A DNA stretch of 64,000 nt, from contig CP182352.1 in the NCBI GenBank assembly GCA_048571215.1, positions 1,920,001 through 1,984,000 of the forward strand, in the 5' to 3' direction. The DNA is from Halarcobacter sp. Lineage in GTDB: Bacteria; Campylobacterota; Campylobacteria; Campylobacterales; Arcobacteraceae. A model generated the notes under the pieces. The model was given only the letters and a program-made list of their open reading frames with translations. It had not been told where the DNA came from and ran no database searches. Below are positions 40,433 to 51,456 of the stretch, in pieces (position 1 is the first letter of the stretch; each line of letters opens with the position of its first letter). A program made the position numbers and the translations under genes.

Positions 40433-41875
40433 TTATTTTTTAGATCTTTTATCGTTGATATTATCAACAATCTCTTTCCAAATTACTTTATCGATTTTAA
40501 ATTCATTGTAGTCATTATATCTTAGGACTGGATTTTTCCCTTCAGCAATTTGTCTATCATACCCTTTGATAAGTCTAAGAACTGGTTTATAAAGAAGTGC
40601 AATAACTACCATATTAATAACAGCTAATAATCCCATAGATAAATCAGCAAAAGAGAAAATAGAACCTAAATCTTGCATAGAACCCCAAATAATAAGTCCA
40701 ACAACAAACAATCTAAAACCATTGAACATCATTTTATTGCCTTTAGAGAAAAAGTTTAGTGAGTTTTCTGCTAAATAATAGTTATAAAGTATAGAAGAGA
40801 AACCAAATAACAATAAAGCAATAGTAACAAAATATCCGCCCCATGGTCCAATATGCTCAATTAAAGCATTTTGAGTTAGAAGAATACCTTGAACACTTTC
40901 ATTTCCAGGTACATAAACCCCTGATAAAAGGATGATAAATGCAGTACAAGAACATAAGATAATAGTATCAATGAATACTGAGAATGATTGAACAATACCT
41001 TGTTGAACTGGATGAGCCACATAAGCAACAGCTGCAACATTTGGTGCAGATCCTAATCCCGCTTCATTTGAGAACATACCTCTTTTTGCACCTTGTAACA
41101 TAACAGCACCAAAACCACCTGCAATAGCAGAACTAGGGTTAAACGCTTCACTTACAATCAAACTAATAAGATCAGGTATTTTTCCAAAATTTAATACTAT
41201 TACAACAACAGCAATAAGTAGATACCCAACAGCCATTATTGGAACAATAACTTCTGAAAACTTTGTGATTCTTTTTATCCCACCAAATACTGCAAAAGCA
41301 AATATAATAGTAAGTGCAATACCTGTAATCCAAGTTGGAATATTAAATGAAGATTCAAAAGAGTTTGTTATGATAAAAGATTGTGTGGCATTAAATGCAA
41401 ATCCAAAAGTTATCATAAGTAAAATAGAGATAACAACCCCCAGCCATTTTTGACCTAAAGCTTTTGTAGCATAATATGCAGGTCCCCCTCTATAAACACA
41501 AGAGTCTTGGGCATCTTTTTCTTTATAAAGTTGAGCCAATGAACACTCAAAGAAACTGGTACTCATACCAATAAGACCAATAACCCACATCCAAAAAACT
41601 GCTCCTGGACCACCTAGAGTGATTGCAACTGCAACTCCTGCAATATTTCCACCACCAACACGACCTGCAACACTTAACATCAGTGCTTGAAAAGAACTGA
41701 TATGTCCCTCTTTATCATGTTCCGTATGTCTTAATATATTGAACATCTTAAAAAAGTACCTAAATTGTACAAATTTTGAACTAATAGTGAAAAATAACCC
41801 AAGTGCGGGAAGTAAGTAAATTAGAATATTTCCCCAAATAAGGTTGTTTAGAAAATCATTAATTTCACCTAACAT
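40433..41875 (-). CDS. Alanine/glycine:cation symporter (AGCS family)
   Basis: GRVGGGNIAGVA, GGPGAVFWMW and FSNEAGLGS motifs; start at MLGEI. Confidence 0.93.
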   Translation of the reverse strand: MLGEINDFLNNLIWGNILIYLLPALGLFFTISSKFVQFRYFFKMFNILRHTEHDKEGHISSFQALMLSVAGRVGGGNIAGVAVAITLGGPGAVFWMWVIGLIGMSTSFFECSLAQLYKEKDAQDSCVYRGGPAYYATKALGQKWLGVVISILLMITFGFAFNATQSFIITNSFESSFNIPTWITGIALTIIFAFAVFGGIKRITKFSEVIVPIMAVGYLLIAVVVIVLNFGKIPDLISLIVSEAFNPSSAIAGGFGAVMLQGAKRGMFSNEAGLGSAPNVAAVAYVAHPVQQGIVQSFSVFIDTIILCSCTAFIILLSGVYVPGNESVQGILLTQNALIEHIGPWGGYFVTIALLLFGFSSILYNYYLAENSLNFFSKGNKMMFNGFRLFVVGLIIWGSMQDLGSIFSFADLSMGLLAVINMVVIALLYKPVLRLIKGYDRQIAEGKNPVLRYNDYNEFKIDKVIWKEIVDNINDKRSKK

Positions 41876-41963
41876 ATTATCTCCTTTTATATTGATAAAA
41901 GAATTGTAACAATCCAAAGAGGGTTAAAAGTGTCTTTAAAAATTACTTACTTATAGTTTTTAA

Positions 41964-43166
41964 TTAAATTTTAACCTCACTAGCATACATTTTATCATTC
42001 AGCTTTAAAGTGGTTTCAAAACCTTGTTTTGGATTTTTTGGAACTAAAAAAGATAAAATAAAAGATAAAACTGCAATTGATGCACCAATTACAAAAACTA
42101 AAGAACTAGAGTATAACCAAACCATTCCTAAAAGTACTGGTAAAAATACTGCTGCAATATGATTTATAGTAAAACTAACAGCACTCGCACTTGCAATATC
42201 TTTTGGATCTGCTATTTTTTGAAAATATGTTTTAAGGGCTATTGCCATAGAAAACAACAAATGATCAACTACATATAAACAAAAAGCAATATAGATATTT
42301 TCAACATAAGCGTATGAAACAAATACCAAGATAAGTCCTAGATATTCTAATCTTAAAGTTAGTCTCTCCCCTACTTTTGCAATAAACTTTCCAATTTTTG
42401 GCGCAAAATATATATTTAAAACAGAGTTTACAAATAAAAGTACAACCATATTGTGAACATCTACACCAAACTTTTCTACAAGTAAAAAACCTGCAAATAC
42501 AATAAATATCTGTCTTCTAGCACCTGCAAAAAAGGTTAAAACATAAAAAAGCCAATACTCTTTTTTTAAAACTAGTTTTTTTTCTTGTACCACATCATCT
42601 TTAAAATGTTCAAATAAAATCCAAGCTAAAATACCAATAATAAATGTTGTTCCGCCAAAAAATGCATACACATATTTATACTCAATAGAGTAGTTGCTCA
42701 TCATAAAATATATCAATACAAAAGCAAATAAAGAGGTAAAAGATTTAGCTGCTGTAATTTTTCCCAAAACTATAGGAGCTTTATCTTTACTCAACCATTG
42801 TAAAGATAGAGATTGGTTTAAAGTCTCCAAATAATGAAACCCCATAGACATAATAACTGTTGTGATATAAAGTCCAAAGGCATTTGGGAAAAATCCAGTT
42901 AGTAAAATTCCCAAACCTAATAACATCATAGAGATGAAAGCTAGCCTTTGTTGGGCTATAAACATAATAGCAAGTACCACAGTAAAAGCTAAAAAACCAG
43001 GAATCTCTCTAAGACTTTGTAAAATTCCTATTTGACTACCATCAAATGATGCTACTTCAATAACAAAGTTATTTAATAAACTCATCCATGCTGAAAAAGA
43101 AAACACCATAGATATTGACATAATATAAAGAAGTGCTTCACGAGACTTAAACATATTTTTTACCAT
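41964..43166 (-). CDS. MFS transporter
   Basis: About 12 TM segments; LREIPGFL and GARRQIF motifs. Confidence 0.85.
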   Translation of the reverse strand: MVKNMFKSREALLYIMSISMVFSFSAWMSLLNNFVIEVASFDGSQIGILQSLREIPGFLAFTVVLAIMFIAQQRLAFISMMLLGLGILLTGFFPNAFGLYITTVIMSMGFHYLETLNQSLSLQWLSKDKAPIVLGKITAAKSFTSLFAFVLIYFMMSNYSIEYKYVYAFFGGTTFIIGILAWILFEHFKDDVVQEKKLVLKKEYWLFYVLTFFAGARRQIFIVFAGFLLVEKFGVDVHNMVVLLFVNSVLNIYFAPKIGKFIAKVGERLTLRLEYLGLILVFVSYAYVENIYIAFCLYVVDHLLFSMAIALKTYFQKIADPKDIASASAVSFTINHIAAVFLPVLLGMVWLYSSSLVFVIGASIAVLSFILSFLVPKNPKQGFETTLKLNDKMYASEVKI

Positions 43167-43876
43167 AATATACCAGCTATCAATTTAATTGCTAAAGCTG
43201 ACAAAAGAATTTTTAAAACTATCATAAACTTTTTCCCATCTATTTTATCCCTAAGTTTTGTACCCATCCAGCTTCCAGCTATTGCTCCAATTATCATGGC
43301 AGTTAAAACTGTAATATAATCAAAAAATACAAAACCAAAAAACATAAAAGCAAGTACTTTTAAAGTATGAGTTATACTCTTCAAAGCAGCAGCTGTAGCT
43401 ACTATCGTATCTTTTTCATTGTAATCTTTTACAAGTAGTGATGTAGCTAAAGGGCCTGTTGCTCCAACAACTATAGATAAACCTGTTTGAAGGAAACCAA
43501 CTAGTACATAACTTTCATATCTTTCAATCTTAGCATTAAATTTATTACTCCATAAAGACAATAAAATATATACCCCAATAAATAAAGGAACATACTCTAA
43601 AGAGATAAAATACAAAATTGAAGCAAAAAAAGATATTCCTAAAATAGAACCAAGTAAAAACTTAGGTATAACTTCCACTTTAATATCTTTATATCCAAAG
43701 ATAGCTCTTGATAGGTTACTTGACATTTGGGTTAAACCATGTACAGGTATTATTGCATTTACAGGCAAAAATGAAGGTAAAACAGCAATAAGTATCATAC
43801 CACCACCAAGTCCAATGATTCCCGCAATAGTTGAAGTGAAAAAAGTGACAAGTCCTAAAATTAATTCTGTAGGCAT
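43160..43876 (-). CDS. Sulfite exporter TauE/SafE-family protein
   Basis: GLGGG and GATGP motifs; about 8 TM segments. Confidence 0.85.
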   Translation of the reverse strand: MPTELILGLVTFFTSTIAGIIGLGGGMILIAVLPSFLPVNAIIPVHGLTQMSSNLSRAIFGYKDIKVEVIPKFLLGSILGISFFASILYFISLEYVPLFIGVYILLSLWSNKFNAKIERYESYVLVGFLQTGLSIVVGATGPLATSLLVKDYNEKDTIVATAAALKSITHTLKVLAFMFFGFVFFDYITVLTAMIIGAIAGSWMGTKLRDKIDGKKFMIVLKILLSALAIKLIAGILW

Positions 43877-43987
43877 TTAACGTCTTTATAAAAAATTTAT
43901 CGTAAAATACCAAAATTAGACTTAGTGAACAAAATACTTTTAAAATATAGAATTATTTTTAAGAAAAAATTTACGTAAAGGAAAGGT

Positions 43988-44248
43988 ATGAAAAAAATAT
44001 TTTTAGTTTTTTTTATAGTGATTTTAAATACAACTATTTTTTTTGCATATGAAAACCAAAAAGGTAAGATTGATATGCATGGAGGGAAAAGTGAAAGACT
44101 CACTTCAAAAAATGCCTTAAATATGGCTGTGGGTTTAGGAACAGTCTTAAATAAAAAAGAAGATAAACAAATAGAAAAAAAAGATAAGAATTTTATCAAT
44201 GTAGATAAGATAGAAAAGATAGAAAATATAAAGGAAAAAAATGACTAA
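43988..44248 (+). CDS. Small secreted hypothetical protein
   Basis: Signal-peptide-like N-terminus, KIDMHGGK motif, RBS; overlaps the xth start. Confidence 0.55.
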   Translation: MKKIFLVFFIVILNTTIFFAYENQKGKIDMHGGKSERLTSKNALNMAVGLGTVLNKKEDKQIEKKDKNFINVDKIEKIENIKEKND

Positions 44249-45026
44249 ATATAAATTTGTATCATGGAATGTAAATGGAATAAGAGCAGTTGATAAAAAA
44301 GAAGCTTTAAAATGGGTTGATGAAGCAAATATTGATTTATTAGGGATCCAAGAAACAAAATCAATGAAAACACAAATTCCAAATACAATTTTTGATAAAG
44401 AATTCAAAACTATAACAGCAAGTGAATCAGCTATAAAAGGACGTTCTGGAACTGCCCTTTTTACAGATATAGATATAAATTTTGAATCTACTTGTCCAAG
44501 TGTTGATATCTTAGAAGAGGGAAGAATAAACGAAGTTCATTTTACTTTAGCAGATAAAGATATAGCATTTTTTAATGTTTATTTTCCAAATGGTCAAAGT
44601 AAAGAGGAGAGACTAGTATATAAAATGGAGTTTTATGATAGATTTTTAGAATATTGTGAAGCTTTAAAAAAAGAGGGAAAATCGATAATAATATGTGGGG
44701 ATGTAAATACAGCTCATACTGAAATAGATATAGCAAGACCAAAAGCAAATGAAAAAACATCTGGTTTTTTACCAATGGAAAGAGATTGGATAACAAAATT
44801 TTTAGCTCATGGTTATATAGATACTTTTAGACACATAAATGGTGATGTAAAAGATCACTATAGCTGGTGGAGTTATAGAGCAAATGCAAGAGCAAATAAT
44901 GTTGGCTGGAGAATCGACTACTTTTATGTAAGTGATGATTTAAAAGACTACGTAAAAGATGCTTATATTATGAGTGATATTATGGGAAGCGACCACTGCC
45001 CTATTGGTTTGGAAATTGAAGTATAA
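44241..45026 (+). CDS. xth: Exodeoxyribonuclease III
   Basis: SWNVNGIRA, QETK, GDVNTAH, GWRIDY and SDHCP motifs. Confidence 0.95.
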   Translation: MTKYKFVSWNVNGIRAVDKKEALKWVDEANIDLLGIQETKSMKTQIPNTIFDKEFKTITASESAIKGRSGTALFTDIDINFESTCPSVDILEEGRINEVHFTLADKDIAFFNVYFPNGQSKEERLVYKMEFYDRFLEYCEALKKEGKSIIICGDVNTAHTEIDIARPKANEKTSGFLPMERDWITKFLAHGYIDTFRHINGDVKDHYSWWSYRANARANNVGWRIDYFYVSDDLKDYVKDAYIMSDIMGSDHCPIGLEIEV

Positions 45027-45388
45027 GAGATCTCTCTTATACTCATGAAACTATTTAAAAACAATTCTTTTTAATATACTAAATATATGCACTAGACTAA
45101 AAATATCTCCTTAAAACCCGACATTTTATTAAAAATTCTTAAAATTTAGTATTAAATTTAAAATTAAGATACTTAAATAAGCATAATATTAATCTTTATT
45201 TAATAAAAAAGTAACAAAACTAAATAAATTAAAACAATATTAGCAACATAGAACTTTATGGGATTATAAGTTTTACAAATACTACTTTAAATTTAATTAT
45301 AATTTTTATATATAAGTAAAGATAAAGAAATTAAGTTTTTTATTATTTAACAAGCACTATAATTTTACATATCCACAAGGAGTTTGAT

Positions 45389-46975
45389 ATGTATCCTTTT
45401 AAACAAAAACTGTTCTTTTGCTCACTTGTAAGTTTTTTTTTGTCTTCTTTTTCTTTAATTGCAGATGAAAATCTTCCCACACTAAAAATAAAAAATGATT
45501 TTTATTTAGAGTACAATGATATTTCAGGTCCTAAGGCTTCAAGTTCAACGTTAACCAATGGATTAACATATTACAACCTAATTAACTTTTACACAAAAGG
45601 TATCTATTCTAATTATAGATATAATTTAAATTTGGGTATAAAGTTAACTGATAATAAAAATAAAGATGTAAAAAAAATATCTTTAGTTAATTTATCAGGA
45701 AAAGTCACTAAAAAAAATCATACATTAGAGCTTGGTGACTATATCAAATCTTTTTCAAAGTACTCTTTGAATAGTTCACTCAAAGGTGCAGCTTACACCT
45801 ACTATGATAAGGTAAATACTATTGATTTTCTCTATGGTATAGCCTATCCAAGATGGGATAGTTTTTGGGATAATGAAACAGATACCCTAAAAAGAGAAGT
45901 AGTAGCAGCTAGATATAATAAAAAAGTTAACGATGAATTATCTGTTGGTATAGATGTAGTTAATTCCAATGATAAAGATGACCCAAATTCAACATTAACA
46001 TTATTTGAAACAAACCTTATAACAGTAAATACAACATATAGACCAATTAAAGGACTAAAGCTTTATGGTGAATACTCATTTTCAGACAATGAATCAAATA
46101 CTTCAGGAGTCATAAGTAAGCAAAATGGTTCAGCAATATTTCTTCAAGCTATAGGGAATAAAAATCCAAGTAGAGTCCAACTAGAATATGAAAGGGTATC
46201 ACCTGATTATAAAACAGTTACAGGTTCTGCAACCCAAGATAGAGAAAAATTTAAAGCGAAATGGAGATATAAAATCACTAAACTTACTACAATAAATAGT
46301 GGTTTTTTATGGTTTAAAGATAACCTTAATAATACAAAAACAAATACTACAAATACTTATAGACCAGATATTGGTGTTACTTTCAAAAAATTATTTGATC
46401 GTAGATATTCTGTTCTTGACTTAAGTTATAAGTTAAACTATATTGATAAAGGTATAACTAAAACATCAGATGACATGTATAATATAAATTATAAAGATAA
46501 ATATGGAATAATCAATTCTGATACAAATTTAACTTATAATATTTATGATACAAAATCAAATATTAGATCTCAAAAAGATTTTAAATTTAATACTACCATC
46601 AACTCAAGACATACCTTTGATGATTTAGTTCTTAAACCATCATTGATTTTAGGAACTTGGGATATGAATGATGAATTAACAAATAATGGTGATAATAAAT
46701 ATTATCAAGCTGCCGTTGGTTTAGGAGTTCAAATACCAAGTAAAAAACTTAGCACCTCAATAAAAATAGGTAAAAATAAATCAACAAGAGATGTAGGAGA
46801 TGATTTAGATAAACTATTTGCATCTTTTGATTTATATTGGAGAATAGGAAATTATAATATATTTAAAGATGTGATGGTATATGTTAAATCATATTTAAAT
46901 GATTATAGTTATACTACATCAACAAATAATTACCAAGAAAGAAGTTTCACTCTTGGTGTAAGACTAACATTTTAA
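45389..46975 (+). CDS. Putative outer-membrane beta-barrel protein
   Basis: Signal peptide, amphipathic beta-strand pattern, C-terminal LGVRLTF. Confidence 0.7.
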   Translation: MYPFKQKLFFCSLVSFFLSSFSLIADENLPTLKIKNDFYLEYNDISGPKASSSTLTNGLTYYNLINFYTKGIYSNYRYNLNLGIKLTDNKNKDVKKISLVNLSGKVTKKNHTLELGDYIKSFSKYSLNSSLKGAAYTYYDKVNTIDFLYGIAYPRWDSFWDNETDTLKREVVAARYNKKVNDELSVGIDVVNSNDKDDPNSTLTLFETNLITVNTTYRPIKGLKLYGEYSFSDNESNTSGVISKQNGSAIFLQAIGNKNPSRVQLEYERVSPDYKTVTGSATQDREKFKAKWRYKITKLTTINSGFLWFKDNLNNTKTNTTNTYRPDIGVTFKKLFDRRYSVLDLSYKLNYIDKGITKTSDDMYNINYKDKYGIINSDTNLTYNIYDTKSNIRSQKDFKFNTTINSRHTFDDLVLKPSLILGTWDMNDELTNNGDNKYYQAAVGLGVQIPSKKLSTSIKIGKNKSTRDVGDDLDKLFASFDLYWRIGNYNIFKDVMVYVKSYLNDYSYTTSTNNYQERSFTLGVRLTF

Positions 46976-46984
46976 GGATTTATT

Positions 46985-48280
46985 ATGAAAAATAAACTAT
47001 TAATATTATTGATAACTTTATTGTGCATTGTACCAAGTATTGAAGCAAAATGGTGGATATTCGGTGGTTCAGAAGAAGAAGTTGGTTTTGATTATTTATA
47101 TGTAGGAGATTTATCTTTTGATGATATAAACCAAGAGGCGATTATCTTAAAAAGCAGTTTAGATGAGGGATATTTACATATAAGAGGGAAAGGTTATTCC
47201 GGTAAAAATCAAATTGGAAATATAAGTATATCTTTAGATGGTGCTAAAACTTGGAAGAAAATAAAATTTGAAAAAGATGGTGGATTTGATTATACATTCG
47301 AACCAAATCTTGATAGTACCTATGATATTTATGTAAAAATCATAGATACAGCAGGAAAGTCAAACGAAATTGAAGATTCCCATGTAAAAATAAGTTTAAG
47401 TGACCTTGATGTAGAAGAACAAATTGAAAAAACATTAAATGCATTAAGAGATGCTTACCAAAATGAAAACTATATAGACTTTATGAAATATGTATCTACA
47501 AACTTTGAGGGAGATGATGTAACTTTAGAAAGGGCTATAATAAAAGACTTCTCTGTACTTGAAGATATAAATATTGACTTCAATATTAACAGTGTAGCTT
47601 TTTCAGATAATAAATATTATGCTTCTATCTCTTTTAATAGACGTGTTACATCTGCTTATAATGCTTCTTTAATAAGTGATTCAGGAGTAACAGAATTTAC
47701 ATTTTCTGTAGGAAAAAATGGAGCAATGTTACTTTCAATGAAACACCCATTGATTTTTGGTTTAACTTATGCAAATGATGTAGCTACTGGAGTTGTAGCC
47801 TCTGCTTTAAATAATGATAAGTATTTAACTATAAGTGATGATGGTACAATAAAAGAAGAATCTCTACAAACTATAAGTGAAGGTGGAGCTGGAGATGATT
47901 ATTCTACTAGTGGTTCATTTACTTTAGAAACAAGTTGTACTCCCCCTTGTAATACAGCAGATGGATTTAATTTTACAGATGACAATAAAACAACACTAAT
48001 ATCAAATAGTGAAATCTATAAAGAGATAAATATGCTTTGGGGACAATCAGGAACTACTATGCAAGAATTAGGAGATGTAAGTATCTCTAATATAACTGTT
48101 CCTGATTCAGGTTATAATCCTAGTGCCATGTTAAATGACTTTGAAACTATTGCTATAAGATTGGCTAACAATACTTATGCAGTGATAAAAGTAACAAATC
48201 TTATTGATTTAGGTGGTGGTGCTTTTAGAGTTACTTTTGATTATAAATATAATCCAGGTGGGTCAAGAACCTTTCCTTAA
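46985..48280 (+). CDS. Secreted protein with Ig-like, NTF2/SnoaL-like and C-terminal beta domains
   Basis: Signal peptide; ISLDGAKTW...YVKIIDTAG; LRDAYQNENYIDFMKYVSTNF. Confidence 0.6.
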   Translation: MKNKLLILLITLLCIVPSIEAKWWIFGGSEEEVGFDYLYVGDLSFDDINQEAIILKSSLDEGYLHIRGKGYSGKNQIGNISISLDGAKTWKKIKFEKDGGFDYTFEPNLDSTYDIYVKIIDTAGKSNEIEDSHVKISLSDLDVEEQIEKTLNALRDAYQNENYIDFMKYVSTNFEGDDVTLERAIIKDFSVLEDINIDFNINSVAFSDNKYYASISFNRRVTSAYNASLISDSGVTEFTFSVGKNGAMLLSMKHPLIFGLTYANDVATGVVASALNNDKYLTISDDGTIKEESLQTISEGGAGDDYSTSGSFTLETSCTPPCNTADGFNFTDDNKTTLISNSEIYKEINMLWGQSGTTMQELGDVSISNITVPDSGYNPSAMLNDFETIAIRLANNTYAVIKVTNLIDLGGGAFRVTFDYKYNPGGSRTFP

Positions 48281-48298
48281 TCTCTAAAGGAGATTGTC

Positions 48299-51200
48299 AT
48301 GAAAAGATTAATATATATCTTATTTTTGCTATCTTGTTTCTTTATTAGTAATATAATTGCTGATGAAGAAACAGAAGCCTCACTAGCACAAATCAAAGCC
48401 CAAATAGATGAACTTGAAATTGCAAAAGTTAACTTACAAAAAATAATTAAAGTCAATGAACCAGAAATAGATAAAACCTCTAATATGATAATCCAACTAC
48501 TTAAGGTTGAAAAAGAGCTAGATTCAGCAATAAAAAAGAATATATATAAAACATTAATTGCTGGTAATATCAATGTTATATTAGAGATTCAAGGTTCATC
48601 AAATGCAGGTAAAATACTTGACTTGGGTACTTGGGTAGTTGGGAAAGTTGCAGGAGTAAGTATGGAAAAAAGTGGATTATTTAGTAGCCCTGCTTACTAT
48701 ACAAAAAAAATGACCCAACTAAATGAGCAAAATATCAGATTAACTGTAGAATTAAAAGAGTTATATGAAGCAAGTAAAAAATCTGATGATGAGATTCAAA
48801 AACATTATGATACCCATAAAAAGAATGATTTTTTTTATGATAGTGGCTTAGGTACTCTAGGAACTATACAATACAGAATGAAATTAGTTTTAAGTAAAGT
48901 TTCTCCTACTATTATGTCTCTAAAACAATTACGAACAAATCATAGACAAGTTGTAAATCAAGCAAAAAATGAGTTAGAATTGACACGTGAAGGTATCGCT
49001 CTTTTAAGAGATAGGTATCAAGAACTAAATAATGCTAAAGATAAAAAAGAGGATAAAAATAAACTTGAAGAAAAACTTGCAAAAATTGATGATGTAAAAA
49101 GAGAAATAAAACTCTCATCTTCTGATATTACAGTTAATGTACCTGACAAATGTAAATATTATGAAGATAAGGCAAATAGTTTACTAAATAATTATATTAG
49201 TCTATCAAAAAGATATGAAACTGTTTATGAAATTTATAATGAAAAAATGAATAAATTCTATGCAGAAAAAGAAGAAAAATTAAATAGTATAAACAAAGAA
49301 TTTGAGAAAAAAACAAAAGAGATATTTAAAAAATATCCAAATACTGCATATTATACTCCTCAAACAATGAGTTTTGAATATAATAGAGAATTACCTTTTG
49401 CAAAATTATTATCAAATACAAGATACTCACATAATGAATATACATCAGCCAAAAAATCATATATAAGCTCTATTAAAGAGTTATCACATAATATCTTAAA
49501 TGGTATTCCTGGAGAGTCTGAAGAAAAAATATTAAGTCAATTAATAGCAGATATAAATGCTACAGTCTCAGGATATTCTTCATTAATTAATAGCAAACAG
49601 TGTAGTTCAACAAAATCCGTAGAAAGAGAAATAGTTACCTATGAACCAATATATGAAGTAGTTGATGGTATTAATATCATAGTAGGTGAAAAAAAAGTTC
49701 TAAAAATAATCTATGTAGATGTTCAATATTTTAAATCAACAAACTATAGAACCTATGATAATCTATATCCATATTCTCAACTCAAAGAGCATTTAGTAAT
49801 CTCAAAATTAAAAGTATTGAAAAAGAATTTACTTTCAGATATAGAAAGAAAGACAACTCAAGTTAAAAATGAAGAGAAATCATTTGCAGACCAATACATT
49901 AAAATTAGAATCCATTTCAGAAAGATAGAAAATGAAATAAAAATAGCACTTAATCAATATATAGAAAATGAAAATGAAATAATCCCTTTTAATAGACAAT
50001 ATATACAAAAACTTAAAAAACTTTTAGATTATTATAAAAATAAAAACATATTTGATAGAAAAAGTGATGGAACACATAAAGAGTATCTCATTGTCAAAGA
50101 TGATTGGTTACTTCCAAAAGATATAGATGAAAAAAATTCTTGTGAAAAAATACAAAACATAAAAAATAAAATTCTTTCACCACAAATTCAAAATATTGTT
50201 TTATTAGAAAAAGAAATAGATTCCCTACAAAATTCTAGATTACCAAGGCTTTATATACCTACTTATGGATATGTACACTTCCCAGGACTCGCTGCAACAG
50301 CAGAAAATTTAAAAAAAACAAGTGATAAATTGTGGGGAAAACGTACTGATTTAAATTTGATAAGATTAGATAATTATTCTAATTTATCATCTTTATTTAA
50401 CAAAATTTCTAATAATAAATTCTATCAATTATCAATATTAAATGGTGGCATATTTATAGAAATCCATGATAATCAAGTAAAAGCAGCACGTGAAATAATA
50501 AATGTACTAAAAAATACAATAATAATTGTAAAAGGTGATATTAATCAAAAAAGAATCCACAGGGATACCTATAAAGAGAATAAATCTATTTATGACACTC
50601 AATTAAAAAAATTCAAAAATGAACTCTCATGTTTAGGAAAGGATGAATCATATAATAAACAAATTAGACCTTTATTTGAAGAACTAAAAAACCTTCTTCC
50701 AAAACTAAAATCAAAATCTGTATTTATAAATGCAAATAAATATATAAATCAATTAGAAAATTTTAAAAAAGAAGTTGAGAATTTTGGAATAAGTGATTCA
50801 TCAAATCATGAAAAAAAATATAAAGTATTATTAGCTAAGTATAATAATTATGATAAAGAGATAAACTCAAAAAAAGAGTTATTTTTCTCTTTAGACTTTG
50901 AAAAACTATATAAACTTTTAAATGAAATATATCCTCTTTTTGAAGCCCATAGAATACATATAGAGGAGAAAAATAAAAGTGGAAATGAAGATGCCAATCA
51001 AGAACTTATAAAAGATTTGTATAAAAACTTTACAAATTTTTATTCCAATAAAAACCTTCCATCTTTAATGAATCTATTATCAGACCAATGGGAAAGTAGT
51101 AGTGATGGAACTACACTAATGGATTTAGAAGAGACATTAGATAACAGTTTTTCAGTTTTTGATGAAATAAATTGTTCAATTGAAAATTTAGATATATTTA

Positions 51201-51373
51201 AACTATCAGCAAATAAATATCAAATTAGTTATGTAATTACTATAAAAGGCTATATCTATGACAATGATATAAAACATCTAGAAAAATCCTCAGTTAAAGA
51301 AGAAGTGTTAATAGAAAACTCAAAAGCTAAAATATCAAAAACTTTAAATGGTAATTTTTGGCCCAATAATTAA
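48299..51373 (+). CDS. Large secreted coiled-coil protein with C-terminal NTF2-like domain
   Basis: Signal peptide, long helical K/E-rich body, C-terminal IKDLYKNFTNFYSNKNLPSLMNLLSDQW. Confidence 0.6.
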   Translation: MKRLIYILFLLSCFFISNIIADEETEASLAQIKAQIDELEIAKVNLQKIIKVNEPEIDKTSNMIIQLLKVEKELDSAIKKNIYKTLIAGNINVILEIQGSSNAGKILDLGTWVVGKVAGVSMEKSGLFSSPAYYTKKMTQLNEQNIRLTVELKELYEASKKSDDEIQKHYDTHKKNDFFYDSGLGTLGTIQYRMKLVLSKVSPTIMSLKQLRTNHRQVVNQAKNELELTREGIALLRDRYQELNNAKDKKEDKNKLEEKLAKIDDVKREIKLSSSDITVNVPDKCKYYEDKANSLLNNYISLSKRYETVYEIYNEKMNKFYAEKEEKLNSINKEFEKKTKEIFKKYPNTAYYTPQTMSFEYNRELPFAKLLSNTRYSHNEYTSAKKSYISSIKELSHNILNGIPGESEEKILSQLIADINATVSGYSSLINSKQCSSTKSVEREIVTYEPIYEVVDGINIIVGEKKVLKIIYVDVQYFKSTNYRTYDNLYPYSQLKEHLVISKLKVLKKNLLSDIERKTTQVKNEEKSFADQYIKIRIHFRKIENEIKIALNQYIENENEIIPFNRQYIQKLKKLLDYYKNKNIFDRKSDGTHKEYLIVKDDWLLPKDIDEKNSCEKIQNIKNKILSPQIQNIVLLEKEIDSLQNSRLPRLYIPTYGYVHFPGLAATAENLKKTSDKLWGKRTDLNLIRLDNYSNLSSLFNKISNNKFYQLSILNGGIFIEIHDNQVKAAREIINVLKNTIIIVKGDINQKRIHRDTYKENKSIYDTQLKKFKNELSCLGKDESYNKQIRPLFEELKNLLPKLKSKSVFINANKYINQLENFKKEVENFGISDSSNHEKKYKVLLAKYNNYDKEINSKKELFFSLDFEKLYKLLNEIYPLFEAHRIHIEEKNKSGNEDANQELIKDLYKNFTNFYSNKNLPSLMNLLSDQWESSSDGTTLMDLEETLDNSFSVFDEINCSIENLDIFKLSANKYQISYVITIKGYIYDNDIKHLEKSSVKEEVLIENSKAKISKTLNGNFWPNN

Positions 51374-51456
51374 AGTATAGATTTAACTAGAATTTTTATT
51401 TTTTGAATTAATTTTTAAAAGATTCAATCTTTAAGATAAAAAATAAATAGGAAAGT

